Below, piece by piece: positions 51,331-64,000 of a stretch of DNA of 64,000 nucleotides. The stretch is from the human T2T-CHM13v2.0 reference genome, Homo sapiens. How positions within the stretch are numbered: the stretch's first letter is position 1; the number at the start of each line of letters is the position of its first letter. The DNA lies in the NCBI RefSeq assembly GCF_009914755.1, contig NC_060927.1; one strand, 5' to 3'. The notes beneath the pieces are model-generated. The model made no database searches. It had not been told where the DNA came from and saw only the letters and a program-made list of their open reading frames with translations. The translations under genes were made by a program, and so were the position numbers.

Positions 51331-54300
51331 TATTTTTCTGCCCCAGAATTACCAATTATGAGCATTCATTTAAATGTTATAATACAGAAAAAATGGAAAC
51401 AAACTAAAGGTTGGCTAAAAGGGAACATAATAACATGTATGCAATTATTAAAAATAGACATGTCATTACAATATTTTTAAGCAAAGAAAAAAGACAGTAC
51501 AATGCATATAATTTAATATGTGAATGTAAAAAAATACACAGGTACATATCAACAAAACATGTTTTAAAATAAATTTACAAAACACTCACTATAAACTGTT
51601 GAGAGTAGTAGCCCTTGAAAAAGAGTGAAGGAGAAATTTGAATTTTACTAACATACATGTATATTGTTTGAATTTTTTGAAGGCAAGAAAGTATTTAAAT
51701 ATTAACTATATAATAGAGATACAGAGAGACCAAGGGAGAAAACGTGGACAGATCCCTAACTAACTTCAGGCTGCTGCAACAAGAACAGATAAGAAGCTCT
51801 GTACTGGCAAGAAAATGGGAAAATAGGTGTTTCTATAAACTGTGAAAGTGTAAATTAATATAATAGAAGGAAATTTGTCATGACTATTGATCTCTGATTT
51901 ATAATGTAAATGTTTTCTGGTCAGTGGCTGCATGGCAAGCTATGATAAATCAAACTCGATTATTATAGAAACAAAAGTGGAAGTCAATTCATACAATACC
52001 AAAATTAATGTAATTTAAAGAAAATGTGTGCAAGTATTAGGCATATATAAGTTAAATTATAAATGCATTTTGAGTGGGTAGGCTGGGAAACCGTTATCCC
52101 AAGGAATGGAATGCCTCAGACATAAAATATAAATCTGATGAAACTGGACTGATCATGCTTTTTGCCCCAGTAAATCTTCCTTTAGCAATGATTACTCATT
52201 GCTGTGAAGAAATCCAAACAAATTCTAAGAAATGGGATTTTATTCTCAGTTGATTAGATGTACATGAATAACTTTGAGTTTAAATAGTGTAGGAAGAGAT
52301 AATTATTCATGGAAGCATTTTCAACAAATGTTTACTAGGCAAACGGCAAATGTCTCTAATAAGAGTGGCAAAGAATGGCTGGCACTAAACTTAAAATTTT
52401 CTTGTGAAGAAATACATTTTCCCCTGCAAAACACAACATGAAAACGTTATCAGGAGTACAGCCACAGTGAGCCAGAGAAGAGAAAATTGTGCTATCACAA
52501 CAATGTTTACTTGGCCTCAATACAGTATACTCTGGATTTAAAATGTAATAAAATGGCTGTAAAGAGCTAGGGAATGGGTCAGTCATTATTAGACCAAAAT
52601 AATTGTGTAAGTTTATATTTAAAGACTATCTAGAGAATAATATTTTAAAAAGGAAGAATTTTGCAAAAAGGATTGAAGAGGATGAGAAAATGAAATAATT
52701 GTTTGTCTTTACATACAGGTCAGAAAAAAAGATTAATGAAAGCAAGGCCTGAAAAAAAAAGGAAGAAGAAAATGAGATTTTGTACCCTTGCATAAGCAAA
52801 AGACAAATAAGCCCAAATTTTAAAACACATTTATACACAAATTATTAGCACCAGTAAGTACAGTAAAACATTATGACAACTAACCTGTAAAAAATACTTT
52901 TTTCTAAGTAGAAACAATGTCAATTTAATCTTAATACACAGTTTAGAAAACAAAAATTGTGAGCTCTTAAAATGAAGATATTAAAAATAAAAAGTAATTA
53001 TTAGAAAATGCATTTTATATTATCAACAAGATATGCTACAGAACTCCATTTCAACGAAATAAACAGATTCTGATTTCATACATGAACGCTTCGGAAAAAT
53101 CAGCCAATCACAAATCGTAATTTGACTAAATTGGTCCTTTCTTAAAACCAAAGTAAGTGAATCAACTCAATAAAAGTAATCAAACTTTTTTCCTGCCATA
53201 AAAGAGGGCTACAATTAATGAATAAATAAGTGGTAAATTGATGAACGAATGGATGAGGGTAAACATATTTCAATTAACATTAAATACAGATGCAGTCACT
53301 AAAAATATTTTTTAAAAATGTGAAATAATAAGGAATAATAAAAACAAAACTAACGTTCTATAAAAATAACCCTCAAATAACAACCAAAATATAATTTGAA
53401 ACACATGGAAAGTACAGAACATTGAGAAGGGAAGCAAATAAATAGAGAAAAACAAATAATATTTTTTTCAATACAAGGGGAAAGTATAGGGTATCACACA
53501 CTAAAAAGAGAACCAAGTGTTTAGTTAACCCTGGCCCATTTCTTCTTAAGTTCATTCAAACTAACTGAGAGGTACAGCTGCTGATGCAGTAATTGATGAA
53601 CACAGATCAAACAGGATTTTTAAGTCATGGGGCAGGTGCTGACAGCCCAGGATGATGGCTGAATATGACAGAAATGTCAAGGGAAAAATATCAAATTTCT
53701 TGCATCTCTATACACTGAAATAGTTGGATGTTTCCTTCTCAGCATGAGGATGTTCAAATTGAGAATTTATTTCACAGATTGAAACATTACTCCTGTTTTA
53801 TTCTGTCTGCATTACATTAGGAAGAATCTCTCATATAAAGCCAATTTTATTTTTTTAAATCTCAAGGCAATAAGCCTTAATTATTCCCTGTAGATTGACA
53901 ATTTTAGAACAAATGTCGTACGATAGTGTGTGACAGTGAGCTAGAAGCTGGTTAAGTTAATGGGCAGCTGGCCTATTATCAAGGCAAGGAAATTCTTTGG
54001 CTGTGCGTCATTAGACTTTACCCTGCTCCCTCCTTAGACCCTGTTGTTAAAAAAAAATCACAGAAGCATGGAAGCTATGCAGCATATGCAGGGGAAATAG
54101 TTGTGATAAAGTGTTGTCTTTTAAATTCCACAGGAAAAAAGCATAAACACTATGATTACTGGCATGCAAAACACATACACATTTTTAAAAAGATTAAAAG
54201 AGAATATTTAAATATTAACAGATGGGTTGTATAAAATTTTTTCAGAATTTGCTAAATTTTTAGTTGATTATATAGTCATTAAGTTTTAAAAATCACGTGT

Positions 54301-54589
54301 AAACACATTTAGATCTAAGATCATTTAGACTGAAGACTACTTGGGCTTCATAAAAAAAACTGTATAACTTGAATTCTTGCCAAAGGCTTCAAATTTAAAA
54401 GAGAAAAAAAAACTAAGTACATGTTTCTAATTATCTAATGATGTAGAATACCCTTACCAAATTATCACTTTACTTGCCTTAAATTTCTACCTTCAAATTG
54501 CCTATATTAGTCTAAATTTTAATATAAAATTAGTATATAAAATGCCTCTAATAAAATTTAGTCAATAAATTATAGTTGTTTTGTTTTGG

Positions 54590-54628
54590 TTTTGGCTTTA
54601 CTCTTTTTTTTTTTTTGGCTTTACTCTT
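54590..54628 (-). mobile_element. Poly(A)-only insertion flanked by a 16-bp direct repeat
   Basis: ttttggctttactctt + T7 + ttttggctttactctt. Confidence 0.6.
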
Positions 54629-55199
54629 ACAGTGAAACTAGATATGCTAGCCAAGATGACAGGCATCATAGCTTCTATTCATATGGAGGCAATTAAAAGA
54701 ATACAATTTATAAAATACTAGGAAACCACATGAATGCTAAACCATACAATACCATAAGAGAATAAGACAGTATCAAAGCTTTTTTCACAAACCCTCTCCC
54801 CATAAACTTCCATAGAGAGGAACAAAGCTAAGTGCCAGGGAGATTGTGTCCATCACCAACAGACATCTATTCAGTTGTATATTAACATTTTCATCCCTCT
54901 GTTTACATAATGGCCTGCCTGCTAGCTATGTTTGTGCTTATTTTTCTGAGATGTGTAATAAACATTATTAACTTTCTTACATATAGCAAGTTTTAAAAGG
55001 CAGTAAAAATACTGTCAGTTGTAGGAGGCAGTAGAGTATGATTACTGATACTGTTATTTTGATTTAGTAAACTGATTTCTGAATAGCCTATTTATAATAG
55101 AAGGGCCCAATTGTATAATAGGGTTACTAAATGCAAGCACAGTTAGAGAAAGGTAATATTTTTTAAAAAATGAGAGAAAGGTAAGATATAGTTTTGGAG

Positions 55200-55960
55200 A
55201 ACTGGAAGATATAAAAGAAAAAATATAGCTAGGAGGCAACTATATTCACACAAGAGTTGTGAAGTCTTCCTGTGGGAAGGAAAATTGAAGAAGGCAATAA
55301 AAACAGACAGGGAAACCTATAAGAAAATATACTGGGCTTTGTCATGAATTACAAGCATTTGAACTTTGAGGAGTACTAGTGGCCCAACTTAAAAGGAGGA
55401 TGAGGACAAAAGGGACATTTTTAAGGATAAAAATGAGAAGTTTGGCTATAGTCACACTAAATTTGTACTTTTTAGGAAATTTCAAGAAAAGTTTTCTTGT
55501 AGGTAGTTTGAACTAAAAGGCTGTAGCCTGATGGAAAGATTTGGCAAAGGATTAGGATTTGGGAACAATTGATTTATAGATGAAGATTTAAGACAGAAAT
55601 AGAGGATAGCAGCTTCTACAAAATAAAGTTTGAGAATAGAGGGTCAAGAAATAAAGTTTGGATATTTCTCACGGTTGAGAGACGGAAGAAGAAAGGAGAC
55701 CTGGTGATGGAGGGAAGATAAACCACAAAGAGATGAACCAAAAAGAGAAATTGGAATCATCTATATCAGTGAGAGTAAGAGGAAGGAAAAGTTTGGAAAG
55801 CAGTTGAAATTGCCAACAGAATCAGAATAGCACTGAGATGTCAAAAAGTAAGAGGACTAAGGAGAAGCTTTTAAATCTGACTGTAAGAACATCATAACAA
55901 CATTGTAAATACTGGGCTTAATTCAATGGTAGAGGCAGAAGCAAGAGGAATGGGTGGTCA
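55200..55960 (-). mobile_element. L2 internal fragments
   Basis: Purine-rich antisense L2 texture (gagaagtttggctatagtcacactaaattt, gagatgtcaaaaagtaagaggact). Confidence 0.5.
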
Positions 55961-57169
55961 AAATGGATTTGTGTTGCTAAAAAAGAATGATACAAAGTAT
56001 ATCAACGCTACAAAGTACAATAAAATCTGTGAAAAGTCTGTATTTATTTAGATGAAAAGAATTAGATTTTTAATATATAAACATTGAGAGCAAGAAAAAG
56101 CAAAATAAAAATTGGTGCTTCTAAACAGAGGAAGATAAGTATGAGCATAATGTCCTTCAGAGGGGAATATGGGATCAGTACGAAGATTATGACAAGAATG
56201 GTTAGCTTCAGAGGGAAAGGGTCATTGAGACATAAAAACAAGGACGTATAACGGGGCTTAGAAAAAGACTATGCTTTCAAAAACAAAACAAAACAAAACA
56301 AAAAGGCCAGAGAGTTGTCCAATGTCAATAACGACAAAGATAGAATTGAGGGATAAAGAAGCGTACCCACCAAAAAGAGTGTAAAAAATCTGTCATGTAG
56401 CACTAATGAAATGCAAGTGCATTGACTGTTCAAGGACCAAATTCACATCTTGTTTCAGCTAGGAAAACAAGGAAAAGTATGATGGGGGATGAATATGTGC
56501 AAAGACAAAGGGAGAAGTATAACAGGGCCTGAATTCAGAGTATGATAAGAAATTCAGTGTGGTAGGAGCATAAGCGAGTGTCAGAACATGATGTATTCAG
56601 GGAAGAAACAAATGATAACTTCATTAAGAATGATTCTAGGATAACAGTGAAAATCACTTTTGTTACTTGCCCTAAAAAAGAACACCTTTGAGAGCTAAGT
56701 CACCTTATATGCCTTGAGATATAATTCCCACATTTCTTCACAAGGGAACCCCTTCAACTCCACCTCACACACTTGATGTGTACATTGACAATAATTTAAT
56801 GAAATTGAATCCTGGCAAAGCTGGTCAGGTGTCAAAGTACTTTCCATTATGCAGACGTTTCCTTGTCAGTGTTTACCATCCAATGTAAATTGAAAACCTG
56901 GTTAAGTACTTATATAATAAGTAGAGTCAACCAACATAATTATGAGTCTTTTTCATTTCACAATTAAGAAATGGCCTTATTATAATTATTTGAAGAAGTG
57001 GTGTCCTTTACACTTTCTTTTTAAATATATAATGAAGCACCAAAGAGCCTTCTTCTGTGAGCAAAATCAATGCTTTTAATTCTAACATACTAAAAGTAAA
57101 GTTGTTTTATTTTCTGTGACTATATCTGAAATTACTGACTGAAATTTTTTTGTGTGCAAAGTCTTTTGC

Positions 57170-57435
57170 CAATTTATTTATACATTCCTTCAACAACATT
57201 TTATTATGTACTTAAGTACCAGGAACCATGCTATGTGCCCAAGATTGTGGTGAAGGAAAACAAGCAATTCCTAGTCTCATAGAGCTCAGAGTTAAATAAT
57301 AACACAAATAGATACAGAGGTAAGAAAAATATAAGTGTTCTACAGAAAAGAAAAATGTGATCCTATAAGAGTGTAACAATAATAACAAAAAACTTAATCT
57401 AGTCTGGAGCTTTGTGAAGGATTCCTGAGAAAAAG
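57170..57435 (-). mobile_element. L2 3' end
   Basis: cattccttcaacaacattt...gtaccaggaaccatgctatgtgc...tctcatagagctcagag. Confidence 0.75.
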
Positions 57436-57449
57436 CAAACACCACCATA

Positions 57450-60400
57450 GAAGACTCAACTGTATGCTGCCAACAAGAAACTCACATTACCTTAAATGAC
57501 ACTCATAGACTGAAAGTGAATAGATGAAAAAAGATATTTCATGCAAATGCAGACCAAAAGAGAGGAGAGGTAACTATATTTATTTCAGACAAAATAGACT
57601 TTAGGCCAAAAACGTAAAAATAACACAAAGAATGTCATTATATAGTGATAAATGGATCATTTCATCAAGAGAATATGAGAATTGTAAATATATATGCACC
57701 CAACATCAGAGCACCTAAATATACAATGCCAACACTAAAAGATCTGAAGAGAGGCAGGATACAACACAATAATTATATGGAATTTTAATACCCCACATTT
57801 AATACCCCACATTAGTCAGAAGAAAATATTGAACTTGAACTACATTTTAGACCAAATGGATCAGAGAGATATATACAAAACATTGCTCTCAACAGCAACA
57901 GAATACACATTCTTCTCAAGTGTACTTAGAACCTTTCATAGGATAGATTACATGTTAGGCCATAAATTTAAGAAGGTCAAAATCATATCAACTATCTTTG
58001 CCAACCATAATAGTATGAAACTAGAAATCAATAACAGAAAGAATCATGGAAGATTATCAAATATTAGAAATTAAATAATATGCTTCTGAACAATTATGGG
58101 ATAAAAGAATAAACTAAAAGGAAAATTTAAAAACAGGTTGAGACAAACAAATATGAACATACAGCATATTAAAACTTATGGTATATAGCAAAAGCAGACT
58201 TAAGGGGAAAGTTTACAGCAATAACACCTACATCCAAAAAAAAATCAAATAAACAACTTCATGTTACACCTTAAGAAACCAGATAAAGAAGAACAAACTA
58301 AACCCAAAGATATCAGAAGAAAGGAAATAACGACGTTGGGAGCAGAAAGAACTGAAGTAAGAGACTAGAAAAACAATATATAACATCAATGAAATCAAAA
58401 GTTGTTTCTTGAAAAGCTAAACAAACTTGACAAACAGCTAGACAAAAAAAGAAGCAAGACTCAAGTAGATAAAATCACAAATGAAAAAGAAGACATTACA
58501 ACTGATAAAAAAATACAAAGGGTAATAAGCAACTACTATGAACAACTATATGCCAAAAATCAGACAATCTATAAGTGGACAAACTCCTAGAAATATATAA
58601 CCTATTAAGACTTATTTATAAAGAAATCCAAAATCTGAACAGATCAATAGCAGTAAGAATATTGAATCTGTAATAAAAACTCTTTCATCAAAGAAAAGCC
58701 CAAGACCAGATGGCTTCATGACTGAATTGTAACAAATATTTAAAGAACAAGTACTAATCCTTCTTAACCTCTTCCAAAACATTGCAGAAGAGAAAGTACT
58801 TCCAAACTTATTTTGCAAATCATTATTACCCTGACACTTAACTCAGAAAAGAATACAAAAAATAAAAATAAAAACTACAAGCCGATATCCTTGATGAAGA
58901 TAGATGCAAAAAACCACAAGATCATCTCAATAGATGCAGAAAGAATAATTTGACAAAATTCAACATTTTATTATAAAAACTCTCAATAAATTAGGTATAG
59001 AAAAATTCCTCTCAACACAATAAAGGCTATATATGACAAATCCACATCTAACATCACACTCAATGTTGAAAAGTTGAAGATTTCTTCTCTGAGATCATGA
59101 ATAAGAAACAAACACCCACTTCCACCGCTTCTATTCAATATAGTATTAGAAGTCCTAATCAGAGCAATTGGCCAAGAAAATAAATTACGTCTACATAGGA
59201 AGAAATGAAATTGTCTCTGTTTGTTGATGACATGATCTTATATAGAGAAAATTCTAATGATTCTACAAAAAAACTGAGAGAACTGATAAAGGAATTTGGT
59301 AAAGTTGCAGGATATGAAATCAACCTATAAAAATAAGTAGCTTTTCTATACAAACAGACTGTCTGAAAAAGAAATTAAGAAAACAATCTCATTTACAATA
59401 CATTTACAATAGCATCAAGAATAAAATACTTAGGAGTAAGTATTTTAAAGAGGTGGAAAATTCATATACAGAAAACTATAAAACATTGATAAAAGAAATT
59501 GAAAAAGATACAAATAAATGGAAAGATATTCTATGTTCATAGATTGAAAGAATTAATATTGTTAAAATAGTCATACTGCCATAAGCAGTGTATACATCCA
59601 ATGCAATCCCTGTCAAAATTTTAATGTCATTCTTCACAGAAATAGAAAAAACAATCCTAAAACTCATATGGAACCAAAAAATTCCTGAATAGCAAAGCCA
59701 TCTTAAGCTAAAAGAAGAAAGTTGGAGTCATCAGACTACTGGATTTCAAAATATATTACAAAGCTGTAGTAACCAAAAAGCATGGCACTGGCATAAAAAC
59801 AGACACATGGATCAATGGAATGCAACAGAGAGCCCAGAAAAAAAATTCCACTGAATATCCACATAACAGAAGAATAAATACAGACCCTTATCTCACTGCT
59901 TAAAAAAAAAATAGACTCAAAATCACTTAAACATAAGCACTGAAATAGTTAAACTACTAGGAGAAAACATAGGGGAAAAGCTCTATGACATTGGTCTGGG
60001 CTGCAATTTCTTGGTGATGTTCCCCAAAACACAGGCAACAAAAGCAAAAATAAACTAGTAGGATTGCATCAAATTTAAAAACTTCTGCGTACCAAAGCAA
60101 ACAATTAACAGAGTAAAGGGATAATCCACAGACTGAGAGAAATATTTGTAAGTCATACATTGGATTAAGGGCTGATATCCAAAATGTACAAAGAACTCAG
60201 AGTACTCAGCAACAAGAAAATAATAACCATATTAAAAAATGTGCAAAGTACTTGAAAAGACATTTCTCAAAAGAAGACATGAAAATGTCCAACAGATATA
60301 TAACAAAATGCTCAACAAGTCTAATCAGAGAAATGCAAATTGAAATCACAATAATATATCACCGCATAACTGTTTTCATGCTAGGGTCAGGGGAGTGGAT

Positions 60401-60708
60401 GTTGAGTAGGAAAATAGATGTTAATAATCAAAGGGTACAAAGTTTCAGCTAGGCAGGGAGGAATAAGTTCTGGTGACCTATTGGACAGCATGGTAAGTGC
60501 AGTTAATAGTAATGTATTGTATATTTCAAAATAGCTAAAAGAATTTTAAATGTTCTCACCACAAAGCAATGATCAATATTTGTGGTAATGAATATGTTAA
60601 TTATCCTGATTTGATTATTCCACAATGTATATATACTTGTATTAAAACATCACATTGTATCCCCTAAATATATACAATTATTATATGTCAATAGAAAACA
60701 AAATAAAA
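57450..60708 (+). mobile_element. L1MA-type (about L1MA6-8) ORF2 and 3'UTR, decayed with internal deletions
   Basis: ORF2 relics (YTFFSS..RIDYMLGHK, IISTIFANHNSMKLEINN, NYYEQLYA); 3' end caaagggtacaaagtttcag...aaacatcacattgtatccc...tgtcaat. Confidence 0.92.
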
Positions 60709-60729
60709 CTTTTTCTTAAAAGAAGTGTT

Positions 60730-61088
<359 letters not shown>

Positions 61089-61997
61089 TTACTTCCTGCC
61101 AGCAGACTCAGGGAAAGTTATCTTTATTTAAAAGATACTGTAGCCACACTTTGTTGACTTTGTTCCCTCCAGGTTTTCATTCTTAATCAAGGAATGAATC
61201 TGTCCTCAAAATAAGCCCAGAAAATATCTCCCACCAGGACATAAAAAGCAGGAAGAGGTTTTTTTGGAGGATGTTATAGTGTTAGTAAGGGGTCATATCA
61301 AATCATTGGTTTTAAACATTTTCTAAAAGCATCTTGGCCTAGAGTAAATAAGAATGAGGCAGTGTAAGGCAGAAAAACACATAACTTTCTCAGGCTTATA
61401 AATAAGGGCTCAGAGCAAGAGAAGTTATTAAGAACTGAAAGAAGCTGTCTAGGCTTTTCTTTAAAAAAAAAACAAACGTCAATTCTGGCACAAGGAAACA
61501 TATTATCCTTTCATTCAGAGAATGACATAGAATGATATTTCCTGTCTATGTATTGAATTTATTTTGCTTTCTTAATGTAGGGTCTCTCAGTACGTGGTTT
61601 CACATTTGTTTATGCTTATGTAGCCAACTGTGCATTGCTACAAAAAGGAATCCTAGGTCTTAGAAAAAAAAGAAGCAATTTTGTTCCTCCAAAATGTAAA
61701 TTCCTAAACAATTTACTATTCCCTAAAATATAAAATTTGAATGAAAATATTTCTTTTAAGATTTTGTAAAAGGCTTGTAATAGTTATCACACAAGCAGCT
61801 AAACAAAATGGAGCTCTGTTTACAGAGCACAATCACTGTAACAAGCTGAGCAGCAGAAATGTCAGAAATCGCTATCCTTTCATCTCCAGTCCTGTTTTGA
61901 TGAGTTTAAAAAAAAAATAGCAAATCAAACTAGTATCCAAAGTCTCATAAAAAAAATCAAATGTGGTAGCCAAAATGATATTATAGAATCCATTTTT

Positions 61998-64000
61998 GGA
62001 TTCCTGGGCAAGATGGCCGAATAGGAACAGCTGCAGTCTGCAGCTCTCAGTAAGATCAATGCAGAAGGTGGGTGATTTCTGCATTTCCAACTAAAGTACC
62101 TGGTTCATCTCACTGGGACTGGTTAGACAGTGGGTTCAGCCCATGGAGGGCAAGCAGAAGCATGGTGGGGCATTGCCTCACCTGGGAAGCACAAGGGATC
62201 AGGGAACTCCCTCCCCTAGTCAAGGGAAGCCTTGAGGGACCCTGCCATAAGGGACATGGCTATCTGGCCCAGATACTATGCTTTTCCCATGGTCTTTGCA
62301 ACCCACAGACCAGACGATTCCGTTGGGTGCCTACACCACATGGGCCCTGGGTTTCAAGCACAAAACTGGGTGGCCATTTGGGCAGACACTAAGCTAGTGC
62401 AGGAGTTTTTTTGGACCCCAGTGGCACCTGGAATGCCAGCAAGACAGAACCCTTCACTCCCTGGAAAGGGGACTGAAGTCAGGGAGCCAAGAGGTCTTGC
62501 TCAGTGGATCCCACCCCCATGGAGCCCAGCAAGCTAAGATCCACAGGCTTGAAATTCTCGCTGCCAGCACATCAGTCTGAAGTCGATGTGGGATGCTCGA
62601 CCTTGGTGGGGAGATGGGTGTCTGCCATTACTGAGGCTTGAGTAGGTTGTTTCCCCTCAGGGTGCAAAGAAAGCTGCCAGGAAGTTTGGATTGGGCAGAG
62701 CCCACTGCAGCACCACAAAGCCTCTGTAGCTAGACTGCCTCTCTAGAGTCCTCCTCTCTGGGAAGGCCATCTCTGAAAGAAAGGCAGCAGCCCCAGCCAG
62801 GTTATTTATAGATAAAACTCCCATCTCCCTCAGACAGAGCACCTGAGGAAAGGGGCAGCTGTGGGTGCAGCTTCAGCAGACTTAAATGTTCCTGCCTGCT
62901 GGCTCTGAACAGAGCAGCAGATCTCCCAGCATAGTGTTCGAGCTCTGCTAAGGGACAGACTGCCTCCTCAAGTGGGTCTCTGACCCCCGTGCCTCCTGAC
63001 TGTGAGACACCTCCCAGCAGGGATCGACAGACACCTCATACAGGAGAGCTCCAGCTGGCATCTGGTGGGTGCCCCTCTGGGACAAAGCTTCCAGAGGAAG
63101 GAGCAGGCAGCAATCTTTGCTGTTCAGCAGCCTCTGCTGGTGATACTCAGGCAAACAGGGTCTGGAGTGTACCTCCAGCAAATTTCAGCAGACCTGCAGA
63201 AGAGAGGCCTGACTGTTAAAAGGAAAACTAAAAAGGAGAAAGCATTAGCATCAACATCAACAAAAAGGACGACCATGCAAAAACTCCATCTGAAGGTCGC
63301 CAACAGCAAAGACAAAAGGTAGATAAATCCATGAAGATGAGGAAAAACCAGCTCAAAAAGGGTGAAAATTCCAAAAACCAGCATGACTCTTCTCCTCCAA
63401 AGGATCACAACTTCTCACCAGCAAGGAAACAAAAGTGGACAGAGAATGAGTTTGATGAATTGACAGAAGTAGGCTTCAGAAGGTGGGTAATAAGAAACTT
63501 CTCTGAGCTAAAGGAGCATGTTGTAACCCAATGCAAGGAAGCCAAGAACATTGAAAAAAGGTTAGAGAAATTGCTAACTAGAATAACTAGTTTAGAAAAG
63601 AACATAAATTACACAATGGAGCTGAAAAACACAACATGAGAATTTTATGAAGCATACACAAGTATCAGTAGCTGAACTGATCAAGCAGAAGAAAGGATAT
63701 CAGAGGTTGAAGATCAACTTAATGAAATAAAGCATGAAGACAAGATTAGAGAAAAAAAGAATGAAAAGGAATGAACAAAGCCTCCAAGAAATATGGGACT
63801 ATGTGAAAAGACCAAACCTACATTTGATTGGTGTACCTGAAAGTGACAGAGAGAATGGAATCAAGTTGGAAAACACTATTCAGGATATAATCCAGGAGAA
63901 CTTCCCCAACCTAGCAAGACAGGCCAACATTCAAATTCAGGAAATACAGAGAACATCACAAAGATACTCCATGAGAAGAGCAACCCCAAGGCACACAATG
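61998..64000 (+). mobile_element. L1PA7/8-like element: complete 5'UTR and ORF1, continues beyond the window
   Basis: caagatggccgaataggaacagct 5' end; ORF1 MRKNQ...WTENEFDELTEVGFRRWVI from 63337; premature stop at 63637. Confidence 0.93.

Overview
AT-rich, CpG-poor primate (most likely human) intronic or intergenic DNA. I found no convincing protein-coding gene, RNA gene or CpG island. The short ORFs are chance ORFs or decayed Alu/L1/LTR sequence. The window is a layered record of transposons: 11 Alus (several with readable target-site duplications, TSDs), four larger L1PA/L1MA copies plus older L1M debris, solo LTRs (MER66-like, MLT2A2-like, MLT1, MST, and an LTR12 nested in an MLT2), DNA-transposon relics (Tigger3a, MER58, MER45B-like, Charlie1) and many MIR/L2 fragments. 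Subfamily names come from my recall of consensus sequences, not from a search. The most unusual structure is the L1 at 43930-46382. It keeps both ends and a TSD but is collapsed to about 2.45 kb, and it carries two linked templated insertions: a 26-nt near-copy of flanking DNA about 0.94 kb upstream, and a perfect 38-nt inverted copy of its own 5'UTR placed into ORF1. Other notable items are an unexplained 92-nt ungapped palindrome resembling a pri-miRNA hairpin (18265-18356), a TSD-flanked poly(A)-only insertion (54590-54628), and a possible orphan retro-insertion later split by an L1 (33276-36695).
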